Shown: positions 1 through 11,450 of the stretch, piece after piece | Position numbering within the stretch: position 1 is the stretch's first letter | Layout of the letters: each line of letters opens with the position of its first letter | From: Zygnema circumcarinatum SAG 698-1b | Lineage: Eukaryota; Plantae; Zygnematophyceae | NCBI GenBank assembly: GCA_037447605.1 | Contig: CM074804.1 | Span: 6,859,909 to 6,923,908, forward strand | Length of the DNA: 64,000 nt | Reading direction: 5' to 3' | Made by a program: the position numbers and the translations under genes | Notes under the pieces: model-generated | Told to the model about the DNA's origin: nothing | Database searches by the model: none | Seen by the model: only the letters and a program-made list of their open reading frames with translations

Positions 1-3000
1 GCATCCACTGGTTCCAAAACCATTCGACTGGTTGCCAGCCAGTGGTTGCGGACCGAAACAACCATTCGACTGGTTGCCAACCAGTGGTTGCGGATCGAAA
101 CAACCATTCGACTGGTTGCCAACCAGTGGCATCCACTGGTTCCAAAACCATTCGACTGGTTGCCAACCAGTGGTTGCGGATCGAAACAACCATTCGACTG
201 GTTGCCAACCAGTGGTTGCGGACCGAAACAACCATTCGACTGGTTGCCAGCCAGTGGTTGCGGATCGAAACAACCATTCGACTGGTTGCCAACCAGTGGT
301 TGCGGATCGAAACAACCATTCGACTGGTTGCCAACCAGTGGCATCCACTGGTTCCAAAACCATTCGACTGGTTGCCAACCAGTGGCATCCACTGGTTCCA
401 AAACCATTCGACTGGTTGCCAACCAGTGGTTGCGGATCGAAACAACCATTCGACTGGTTGCCAACCAGTGGTTGCGGATCGAAACAACCATTCGACTGGT
501 TGCCAACCAGTGGTTGCGGACCGAAACAACCATTCGACTGGTTGCCAACCAGTGGCATCCACTGGTTCCAAAACCATTCGACTGGTTGCCAGCCAGTGGT
601 TGCGGACCGAAACAACCATTCGACTGGTTGCCAACCAGTGGTTGCGGACCGAAACAACCATTCGACTGGTTGCCAGCCAGTGGTTGCGGATCGAAACAAC
701 CATTCGACTGGTTGCCAGCCAGTGGTTGCGGACCGAAACAACCATTCGACTGGTTGCCAACCAGTGGCATCCACTGGTTCCAAAACCATTCGACTGGTTG
801 CCAACCAGTGGTTGCGGACCGAAACAACCATTCGACTGGTTGCCAACCAGTGGCATCCACTGGTTCCAAAACCATTCGACTGGTTGCCAACCAGTGGTTG
901 CGGATCGAAACAACCATTCGACTGGTTGCCAGCCAGTGGTTGCGGATCGAAACAACCATTCGACTGGTTGCCAGCCAGTGGTTGCGGACCGAAACAACCA
1001 TTCGACTGGTTGCCAACCAGTGGTTGCGGACCGAAACAACCATTCGACTGGTTGCCAACCAGTGGCATCCACTGGTTCCAAAACCATTCGACTGGTTGCC
1101 AACCAGTGGCATCCACTGGTTCCAAAACCATTCGACTGGTTGCCAACCAGTGGTTGCGGACCGAAACAACCATTCGACTGGTTGCCAACCAGTGGCATCC
1201 ACTGGTTCCAAAACCATTCGACTGGTTGCCAACCAGTGGCATCCACTGGTTCCAAAACCATTCGACTGGTTGCCAACCAGTGGCATCCACTGGTTCCAAA
1301 ACCATTCGACTGGTTGCCAACCAGTGGCATCCACTGGTTCCAAAACCATTCGACTGGTTGCCAACCAGTGGCATCCACTGGTTCCAAAACCATTCGACTG
1401 GTTGCCAACCAGTGGTTGCGGATCGAAACAACCATTCGACTGGTTGCCAACCAGTGGTTGCGGATCGAAACAACCATTCGACTGGTTGCCAACCAGTGGT
1501 TGCGGATCGAAACAACCATTCGACTGGTTGCCAGCCAGTGGTTGCGGACCGAAACAACCATTCGACTGGTTGCCAACCAGTGGCATCCACTGGTTCCAAA
1601 ACCATTCGACTGGTTGCCAACCAGTGGTTGCGGATCGAAACAACCATTCGACTGGTTGCCAACCAGTGGCATCCACTGGTTCCAAAACCATTCGACTGGT
1701 TGCCAACCAGTGGCATCCACTGGTCCCCAAACCAGTCGACTGGTTGCCAACCAGTGGTTGCGGATCGAAACAACCATTCGACTGGTTGCCAACCAGTGGC
1801 ATCCACTGGTTCCAAAACCATTCGACTGGTTGCCAGCCAGTGGTTGCGGACCGAAACAACCATTCGACTGGTTGCCAGCCAGTGGTTGCGGACCGAAACA
1901 ACCATTCGACTGGTTGCCAGCCAGTGGTTGCGGATCGAAACAACCATTCGACTGGTTGCCAACCAGTGGCATCCACTGGTTCCAAAACCATTCGACTGGT
2001 TGCCAACCAGTGGCATCCACTGGTTCCAAAACCATTCGACTGGTTGCCAGCCAGTGGTTGCGGATCGAAACAACCATTCGACTGGTTGCCAACCAGTGGT
2101 TGCGGATCGAAACAACCATTCGACTGGTTGCCAACCAGTGGCATCCACTGGTTCCAAAACCATTCGACTGGTTGCCAACCAGTGGCATCCACTGGTTCCA
2201 AAACCATTCGACTGGTTGCCAACCAGTGGTTGCGGACCGAAACAACCATTCGACTGGTTGCCAACCAGTGGCATCCACTGGTTCCAAAACCATTCGACTG
2301 GTTGCCAACCAGTGGTTGCGGATCGAAACAACCATTCGACTGGTTGCCAACCAGTGGTTGCGGACCGAAACAACCATTCGACTGGTTGCCAACCAGTGGC
2401 ATCCACTGGTTCCAAAACCATTCGACTGGTTGCCAACCAGTGGCATCCACTGGTTCCAAAACCATTCGACTGGTTGCCAACCAGTGGCATCCACTGGTCC
2501 CCAAACCAGTCGACTGGTTGCCAACCAGTGGTTGCGGATCGAAACAACCATTCGACTGGTTGCCAGCCAGTGGTTGCGGATCGAAACAACCATTCGACTG
2601 GTTGCCAGCCAGTGGTTGCGGATCGAAACAACCATTCGACTGGTTGCCAACCAGTGGCATCCACTGGTTCCAAAACCATTCGACTGGTTGCCAACCAGTG
2701 GTTGCGGACCGAAACAACCATTCGACTGGTTGCCAACCAGTGGTTGCGGATCGAAACAACCATTCGACTGGTTGCCAACCAGTGGTTGCGGACCGAAACA
2801 ACCATTCGACTGGTTGCCAGCCAGTGGTTGCGGATCGAAACAACCATTCGACTGGTTGCCAACCAGTGGTTGCGGATCGAAACAACCATTCGACTGGTTG
2901 CCAACCAGTGGCATCCACTGGTTCCAAAACCATTCGACTGGTTGCCAACCAGTGGCATCCACTGGTTCCAAAACCATTCGACTGGTTGCCAACCAGTGGT

Positions 3001-6000
3001 TGCGGATCGAAACAACCATTCGACTGGTTGCCAACCAGTGGTTGCGGACCGAAACAACCATTCGACTGGTTGCCAGCCAGTGGTTGCGGATCGAAACAAC
3101 CATTCGACTGGTTGCCAACCAGTGGTTGCGGATCGAAACAACCATTCGACTGGTTGCCAACCAGTGGCATCCACTGGTTCCAAAACCATTCGACTGGTTG
3201 CCAACCAGTGGTTGCGGATCGAAACAACCATTCGACTGGTTGCCAACCAGTGGCATCCACTGGTTCCAAAACCATTCGACTGGTTGCCAACCAGTGGTTG
3301 CGGATCGAAACAACCATTCGACTGGTTGCCAACCAGTGGCATCCACTGGTTCCAAAACCATTCGACTGGTTGCCAACCAGTGGTTGCGGACCGAAACAAC
3401 CATTCGACTGGTTGCCAACCAGTGGTTGCGGATCGAAACAACCATTCGACTGGTTGCCAGCCAGTGGTTGCGGACCGAAACAACCATTCGACTGGTTGCC
3501 AACCAGTGGCATCCACTGGTTCCAAAACCATTCGACTGGTTGCCAACCAGTGGCATCCACTGGTTCCAAAACCATTCGACTGGTTGCCAACCAGTGGTTG
3601 CGGATCGAAACAACCATTCGACTGGTTGCCAACCAGTGGTTGCGGACCGAAACAACCATTCGACTGGTTGCCAACCAGTGGTTGCGGATCGAAACAACCA
3701 TTCGACTGGTTGCCAGCCAGTGGTTGCGGATCGAAACAACCATTCGACTGGTTGCCAACCAGTGGTTGCGGATCGAAACAACCATTCGACTGGTTGCCAA
3801 CCAGTGGCATCCACTGGTTCCAAAACCATTCGACTGGTTGCCAACCAGTGGTTGCGGACCGAAACAACCATTCGACTGGTTGCCAACCAGTGGTTGCGGA
3901 TCGAAACAACCATTCGACTGGTTGCCAACCAGTGGTTGCGGACCGAAACAACCATTCGACTGGTTGCCAACCAGTGGCATCCACTGGTCCCCAAACCAGT
4001 CGACTGGTTGGCAACCAGTGGTTGCGGATCGAAACAACCATTCGACTGGTTGCCAACCAGTGGTTGCGGACCGAAACAACCATTCGACTGGTTGCCAGCC
4101 AGTGGTTGCGGACCGAAACAACCATTCGACTGGTTGCCAACCAGTGGCATCCACTGGTTCCAAAACCATTCGACTGGTTGCCAACCAGTGGTTGCGGACC
4201 GAAACAACCATTCGACTGGTTGCCAACCAGTGGTTGCGGATCGAAACAACCATTCGACTGGTTGCCAACCAGTGGCATCCACTGGTCCCCAAACCAGTCG
4301 ACTGGTTGCCAACCAGTGGCATCCACTGGTTCCAAAACCATTCGACTGGTTGCCAGCCAGTGGTTGCGGATCGAAACAACCATTCGACTGGTTGCCAACC
4401 AGTGGTTGCGGACCGAAACAACCATTCGACTGGTTGCCAACCAGTGGCATCCACTGGTTCCAAAACCATTCGACTGGTTGCCAACCAGTGGTTGCGGACC
4501 GAAACAACCATTCGACTGGTTGCCAGCCAGTGGTTGCGGACCGAAACAACCATTCGACTGGTTGCCAACCAGTGGTTGCGGACCGAAACAACCATTCGAC
4601 TGGTTGCCAACCAGTGGTTGCGGATCGAAACAACCATTCGACTGGTTGCCAACCAGTGGCATCCACTGGTTCCAAAACCATTCGACTGGTTGCCAACCAG
4701 TGGTTGCGGACCGAAACAACCATTCGACTGGTTGCCAACCAGTGGCATCCACTGGTTCCAAAACCATTCGACTGGTTGCCAGCCAGTGGTTGCGGACCGA
4801 AACAACCATTCGACTGGTTGCCAACCAGTGGCATCCACTGGTTCCAAAACCATTCGACTGGTTGCCAACCAGTGGTTGCGGATCGAAACAACCATTCGAC
4901 TGGTTGCCAGCCAGTGGTTGCGGATCGAAACAACCATTCGACTGGTTGCCAGCCAGTGGTTGCGGATCGAAACAACCATTCGACTGGTTGCCAACCAGTG
5001 GTTGCGGATCGAAACAACCATTCGACTGGTTGCCAGCCAGTGGTTGCGGACCGAAACAACCATTCGACTGGTTGCCAACCAGTGGCATCCACTGGTTCCA
5101 AAACCATTCGACTGGTTGCCAGCCAGTGGTTGCGGATCGAAACAACCATTCGACTGGTTGCCAACCAGTGGCATCCACTGGTTCCAAAACCATTCGACTG
5201 GTTGCCAACCAGTGGTTGCGGATCGAAACAACCATTCGACTGGTTGCCAGCCAGTGGTTGCGGACCGAAACAACCATTCGACTGGTTGCCAGCCAGTGGT
5301 TGCGGATCGAAACAACCATTCGACTGGTTGCCAACCAGTGGTTGCGGACCGAAACAACCATTCGACTGGTTGCCAACCAGTGGCATCCACTGGTTCCAAA
5401 ACCATTCGACTGGTTGCCAGCCAGTGGTTGCGGACCGAAACAACCATTCGACTGGTTGCCAACCAGTGGCATCCACTGGTTCCAAAACCATTCGACTGGT
5501 TGCCAGCCAGTGGTTGCGGACCGAAACAACCATTCGACTGGTTGCCAACCAGTGGCATCCACTGGTTCCAAAACCATTCGACTGGTTGCCAACCAGTGGT
5601 TGCGGATCGAAACAACCATTCGACTGGTTGCCAACCAGTGGTTGCGGATCGAAACAACCATTCGACTGGTTGCCAACCAGTGGCATCCACTGGTTCCAAA
5701 ACCATTCGACTGGTTGCCAACCAGTGGTTGCGGATCGAAACAACCATTCGACTGGTTGCCAACCAGTGGTTGCGGACCGAAACAACCATTCGACTGGTTG
5801 CCAACCAGTGGCATCCACTGGTTCCAAAACCATTCGACTGGTTGCCAGCCAGTGGTTGCGGATCGAAACAACCATTCGACTGGTTGCCAGCCAGTGGTTG
5901 CGGACCGAAACAACCATTCGACTGGTTGCCAACCAGTGGCATCCACTGGTTCCAAAACCATTCGACTGGTTGCCAACCAGTGGTTGCGGATCGAAACAAC

Positions 6001-6740
6001 CATTCGACTGGTTGCCAACCAGTGGTTGCGGACCGAAACAACCATTCGACTGGTTGCCAACCAGTGGTTGCGGACCGAAACAACCATTCGACTGGTTGCC
6101 AGCCAGTGGTTGCGGATCGAAACAACCATTCGACTGGTTGCCAACCAGTGGTTGCGGACCGAAACAACCATTCGACTGGTTGCCAACCAGTGGTTGCGGA
6201 TCGAAACAACCATTCGACTGGTTGCCAACCAGTGGTTGCGGACCGAAACAACCATTCGACTGGTTGCCAACCAGTGGCATCCACTGGTTCCAAAACCATT
6301 CGACTGGTTGCCAGCCAGTGGTTGCGGACCGAAACAACCATTCGACTGGTTGCCAACCAGTGGCATCCACTGGTTCCAAAACCATTCGACTGGTTGCCAG
6401 CCAGTGGTTGCGGATCGAAACAACCATTCGACTGGTTGCCAACCAGTGGTTGCGGACCGAAACAACCATTCGACTGGTTGCCAACCAGTGGCATCCACTG
6501 GTTCCAAAACCATTCGACTGGTTGCCAGCCAGTGGTTGCGGACCGAAACAACCATTCGACTGGTTGCCAACCAGTGGCATCCACTGGTTCCAAAACCATT
6601 CGACTGGTTGCCAACCAGTGGTTGCGGATCGAAACAACCATTCGACTGGTTGCCAACCAGTGGCATCCACTGGTCCCCAAACCAGTCGACTGGTTGGCAA
6701 CCAGTGGTTGCGGACCGAAACAACCATTCGACTGGTTGCG
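1..6740. repeat. Tandem satellite array of ~155-160 units: 42-bp (A) and 44-bp (B) units sharing a 27-bp core; runs off the left edge of the window
   Basis: Core ACCATTCGACTGGTTGCCA(A/G)CCAGTGG is followed by tail TTGCGGA(T/C)CGAAACA (A, e.g. unit 61-102) or CATCCACTGGTTCCAAA (B, e.g. unit 103-146). A rare B' variant (..GGTCCCCAAACCAGTCGAC..) occurs near 1721, 2496, 3986, 4283 and 6671. Confidence 0.98.
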
Positions 6741-7430
6741 GGACATGTCCAGGGTGGAACTCGCTCGGAACTGTTCAGCAACAATAATAGGGAGCTCAGA
6801 CTCAACAAAACCTCGGTATGTTCTACACCAGAACGAGTATTCCGGGGAAATCGCGACTCCTCTGCAGAGTACTGCGGCACCTTCCCTTCTCGTCAAATTT
6901 CGTTGAGTCCGAGACCCCCTCCTGCAGATTAGCAGATTCCGCGCTCGTACACGGTTCACGAGCCGCCTGCAAAGTTGGCATCGACGAAGGTGTCGGCGCA
7001 GCATGCAGCAGCAGCAGCTGGCACCAGGGCCCAGGGCGGGCGGGCGGGCGGGCCCCTGCGAGTCGCCGCCGCGAAGGAGAGGGAGGGAGGGGTCGAGAGC
7101 CGGGTGGTTGTCGTTTTGTGCAAGATGGATGATGTCAGCAGTACGGCATCAGTTCGTTCGGAGAGCCTGGCCGCTGCGCGCCGGCCAGATGCGGCCGTAT
7201 TACGCCGTACTGTGCCGTACCATCCGGGCGGGCGGCAGTCCCTCCCTCTGCGGGCAGGGCCTGGCCTGGCCTGTGCCCGCCCGCCCGGCCGGCCGCGAGG
7301 GGACTGGGAGGCGAGGGGCGGTCCCCGCGGGTCCCTCCGCCGGTCAACGGCCGCCGCGCAAGGAGGGCGATCACAGCCGGAGGGCGACACGTGGCGTTGA
7401 CCGCAGTCCGTCCTGGCAGACCCGCGGCGT

Positions 7431-7646
7431 GGCCATGGCCGGTTCTGCGGAGGCATGGCCATGGCCGGCTCTGCGGAGGCATGGCCATGGCCGGCTCTGC
7501 GGAGGCATGGCCATGGCCGGCTCTGCGGAGGCATGGCCATGGCCGGCTCTGCGGAGGCATGGCCATGGCCGGCTCTGCGGAGGCATGGCCATGGCCGGCT
7601 CTGCGGAGGCATGGCAATGGCCGGCTCTGCGGAGGCATGGCCATGG
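7431..7646. repeat. 26-bp minisatellite, ~8.3 copies
   Basis: GGCCATGGCCGGCTCTGCGGAGGCAT repeated at 7431, 7457, 7483, 7509, 7535, 7561, 7587 and 7613; a partial copy starts at 7639. Confidence 0.95.
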
Positions 7647-8717
7647 ATGGCCCCGAGGCGAGGCGAGGCGAGAGGCGGTCTCGCTGGCCGCCGTGACGAC
7701 ATGGACGCGTTGGAGTGAGTGCCGCCTCGTGGTGGGGGCAGAGGGACAGCGAGGCAGGCAGGCCGACCACAACGTGAAACAGAGATGCAGAGCATAAAAT
7801 CCCTCCGCACACAGGTGATTTGACGTACGTGGATATGGCTGTTGCTTATTGTTTCCAAGTGTACAACGAGAAGCGGCCCGGTCAAGAGCGAAAAATGCGC
7901 TCGGTGAGGAATCAAAGCTCTCTTAAGGCGGCTGAGTGTTGCGAGGCGATGCAAGGCAGTGGAGCAGGAAGCCAAAAACACGGAAAACACCCTCTTTTCC
8001 AGAAATGAACGAGTCTTGACATTGAAATTGCACAGCAAGTGGCACTGTTCTCCACGTATCTCCGCTCTCCAACAAACACAGAATATTGGAAGAGTTTTAA
8101 ACTATCATGTTGCAATGCGGTTGAATGTTGAATTAGCGCCGTGTGAAATCGCAAGACAGACTCTATGGAGTCGTGAATGGCCGACTTATGGGAACTTGTA
8201 GCGGACTGTGTGGGATGCAAAATCGAACGCATGAGATTCGCCAATGCCTTGGGCTGAGGCTGGAACCTCAAAGCGGTTTGTTTCCTTTTTCATAATCGGG
8301 ATAGATTACGTCAATCCCGCGTGTGGCAAGACAAGGCAGCTTTCCATCCTGCGCAGAGGCTTGTGAAGGCTACAAGCTGAAATAAATTGTAGTTAATGTC
8401 TGACCAAAAACAAAGAATGGGAACTCGGGCCAAACTGTAGTAAAGAAGACCAACCTGTCATTGGACAGCTTCACTACTGCGCCCAAACTGAACATGACGC
8501 CCTGAATATCTGTACAAGCAATCGATTTCTATGCTTCTTCGGAAGCTCCTTGCTGAGTTCCTCCTCGATCCTTCTGAAGGACAATCTAGGAATTGAAATA
8601 ACTTAACAGTACCGTAACATTCGTCAGCTGGAAGATATAAAGAATGACCGCAATGCCGGTCCTGAAAACAGATGATGCTTCTACAGTGTCAAGCAGCAAA
8701 ATTTTCTATGCTCAAAT

Positions 8718-10177
8718 CTAATCACTATGCGATACACTTATCAACTGATTTTCATCGTGCGAATATCTCTCGTCAATGCTATGGCACGTCTTCGAGCAGA
8801 ACGCCTTCTTCGACCTCGTCACGAAGGAGCGAAACTCGTTCGGCCGAGTTTCCGGCCGGCTGCACTGCGAGTTTCCACAGAGCCGCAAGTCGGAGGCGAG
8901 GCGGCCCTCCCGCTTGAACCAGTCCTTGAGGAAGCAGTGCGCGGTCTGCGCCTCCCCGCACGGCAGACTGCACCACAGCGTCCGCAGCAGCTTGTGCAAA
9001 TCCGCGCCCACCTTCTTATGCAGACTGGCCGAGGAATGCGGCGCGGGGCACGCCTCCAGCCGTCTCGCCAGCTCCAAGCTGCCGACCTCCACGGTTCGCC
9101 GCAGCGGCAAAAGCTTTCGGCCTTGCGCGTTATCCTCGCGGCCGCTGTCAGGCATGGTTCTGGGAGGGGACCTGAAGGGCTGCTTCTGGCTCCTTCTGCT
9201 CTTGGTCGGGTCAGAGGGGAGCTCATTTCGGCACCCAACGGCGTATAGTTCTGTCTGCTCCGCAAAGGAAGCGGACATTCTGAGAGCAAGGGCCTGCACC
9301 GCCTCCTTGAGGTCGGCAAGGTTGAGCAGCCAGCGGCCCCACTTGGGGTTCCTGCTGATGCCGTAGCCGTCCTCCAGACAGTGCGCAAGCTCCCGCAAGG
9401 CGGCCGTGTGCCCCTGCTGCGCAGCCATGGTGCAGAGTAGCACCCCCATGGGCAAGTTGCTCTCCTTGTTTGACGCCCCGCTTCCGTTAAAGTTGATCAC
9501 CGCCAGCGAATGCAAGGCTGGAACGTGTCCAAAGCACGCGGCGTACTCCAGCAGCTCCTTCCCCTCCTGCCAGTTGTTCAGGCAGTAGAATTCCACCATC
9601 CCCAGCAAAAAGCGCGCTTCAATATTCCCCGCAGCTGATGCATGCTGGAGGTAGGCGTGCATGCCGGGGCACCACGAGGACCCCCGCACTGCGAGAGCCT
9701 TTCGGCTGAGGCTCCGCAGCACGTCGGGCTGCGCGGCGGCACTGCGCATCTTCTTGCAGACCATGGCCGCATTCATCACGTCAGCTGGGCACGTGGCCCT
9801 CGCGCTCAGGGCAGCCATGATAGACACCAGAACTTCATCCTGAACACAACGCGTTATAACAGAGGAAGTGAGAAAAGGAGCTCAAATTCCTTGCGCGAGA
9901 GTGCACCGACTAATTTTGCTTTATGTGTCTGAAAGCTACCATGGCAATGTTTTATAGGAATCTACTGCGATTAAAGTCTGATGACGAACCAATGCTCTGA
10001 AACGTCTGCCCTGCGACTCACCGGAAGCACATCCAAGTCCCCACTCGAGCCCTCCGCCAGGCCCCTCCTGCTGCCATTACCGCACCCGGCCATGTCCGGC
10101 AGCTGCCTCTCTTCTGTGCAGCGCTTCTTCCTCTCCGCAAACTCCGCCATGGCCACGTCGCAGGCCCGCTTGCCCAT
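8718..10177 (-). CDS. F-box protein with Sel1-like repeats and C-terminal degenerate MYND zinc finger (At1g67340-like)
   Basis: Exon1 10177-10022 (52 codons, MGKRAC...DLDVLP) joins via a GT-AG intron to exon2 9839-8718, giving the F-box motif LPDEVLVSIMAALS. Sel1-like segments ARFLLGMVEFYC, ALHSLAVINFNGSG and ALRELAHCLEDGYG follow; the C-terminus is LRLCGNSQCSRPETRPNEFR. Confidence 0.9.
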
Positions 10178-10339
10178 CGCCCTCCCTTTTCCTCCCTCCC
10201 TCTCTCCCTCTCTCCGTCTCCCCCCCTTTCCCTTTCCTCGCCCCTTCCTTAGCAGCGCGCGGCGGCGGCAGGCGTTCGGCGGCCGACGCTTAAACGGTCG
10301 GCGCAGGGCGAGTCTGCTGGTGGCCCGCCCCGCGCTTGT

Positions 10340-10545
10340 CGCGACGTCCACGTGGTGCGCCCCCTGGGCGGGCGCGGCAGCAGAGGGCCCCCCGGGCGGC
10401 CTGGGCGGCCACCTGGCGCTCTGTGGGCCGCAGCTGCCGCCCGGCGGCACCCGCCGAACTCGCTGGCCACCACGTGGCGCGTGCTGGTTGGCCCGCGCGA
10501 CAGCCCGCTCGGGCGGCACCCAATAACGCGTGGTGCCACGTGGCG
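10340..10545. promoter_or_regulatory. G-box cluster in the GC-rich promoter of the F-box gene
   Basis: CACGTG at 10349, 10471 and 10537, 170-365 bp upstream of the ATG at 10177. Confidence 0.55.
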
Positions 10546-10580
10546 CGCTGGGACGGAAGGGGCTCGCAGGGAATCGCCTG

Positions 10581-11222
10581 GCCGCACGCGCGATCTGCTT
10601 ACATTTCGTTTTAAGACTCGGATTTTTAGAACTGTAAAAGTCGGGTATTTTTATCGGTACGGGTGAGTGTACGGTATGCCGGTGTACGGGAATGCAAGTG
10701 CCGTGGTCGGGTCGCCACTCGCCAACCATTGGCCGCAAGCCAACCACTGCACTGCCATCGCCATGGAAGCAGGCGCACCGCGGCGTGACGTAGTGTGGCG
10801 TCATGTGACGTACGTGACGTCATTCTGAAGTGCTATAAATTAGTATAAAAGAGAGAAAATGGCATTGATCTTGCGTTTGCTTCTAGGGCTGCGTTGTTGA
10901 GCCTAGGCGTAGTTTTCCGCTCTTAGCTTCTTTCTATTGTGCTTAGGTCATTTGCGACCAGTCCCTCGTGGTACCCCAGGCTGCTTTTGTCCATGTACAT
11001 TTGATGGCCTCGCCATCGTGAGTTCAATGCCATTTTCCCTCTCATTGATCTCACGATGGCGAGGCCATCAAATGTACATGGACAAAAGCAGCACGTGGAA
11101 CCGCAGAGGGACTGGTCGCAGACGACCTAAGCACAAAAGAAAAGTAAAAATGGCCCTACTTTTAGAACAAATTCTAAAAGTAATATAAAAGTCGAAAACT
11201 ACTTTCCGGCCATTCTCCCTCC
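10581..11222. repeat. Dispersed repeat copy 1 (homologous to 57686-58070), interrupted by an insertion at ~10851-11144
   Basis: Collinear shared blocks: GCCGCACG.GCGATCT, CGGTACGG...TGTACGGT, TCGCCAACCATTGGCCGC, GCACTGCCAT, TATAAAT...TATAAAAG; after the insertion, TGGCCCTA.TTTTAGAAC...AAAAGTAATAT. Confidence 0.75.
10851..11144. mobile_element. Small TIR element plus inverted partial duplicate forming a long hairpin
   Basis: GAGAGAAAATGGCATTGATCT (10851-10871) is an inverted repeat of AGTTCAATGCCATTTTCCCTC (11021-11041). Arms 10930-11029 and 11043-11144 are reverse complements. A related copy lies at ~56228-56595. Confidence 0.7.
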
Positions 11223-11440
11223 CTCGGCTGCCTGCCTGCCTGCCAGCCTGCCGCCCGGGAGGGGGGGGAAGGCGGACAGCAGCCGCAATCCTTCGGCCGC
11301 GGGCGTTTCACACGTGCGAGGACGGCCCTGGCCGCGCGGTAGCTCAGAAGGGAGTCGGTGCGAACTGGGCGCAACGCGGCGGAGGGAAAGAGGGAGGGGG
11401 GAGAGGTAGGGAGGGAGGGAGGGGGGGAGAGGTAGGGAGG

Positions 11441-11450
11441 NNNNNNNNNN
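11441..11450. other. Assembly gap (10 N) flanked by two diverged copies of a ~130-bp GC-rich segment
   Basis: N run; GGCGGACAGCAGCCGCAATCC...GGGAGTCGGTGCGAACTGGGC occurs at ~11271-11390 and again at ~11462-11590. Confidence 0.9.

Noticed and set aside
1-6740. CRISPR array (palindromic constant repeat plus spacers)
   Set aside because: The intervening segments are only 15-17 bp and drawn from about four recurring variants, not unique spacers. There are no cas genes, and the context is eukaryotic and intron-rich.
32-6932. Three ~2250-2300-aa ORFs as real proteins
   Set aside because: All frames are open only because the units lack stop triplets. The 44-bp units break frame, and the listed starts are not ATG.
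6956-8038. Overlapping ORFs across the 26-bp repeat
   Set aside because: The unit length is not a multiple of 3; these are GC-rich spurious ORFs with no recognisable domain.
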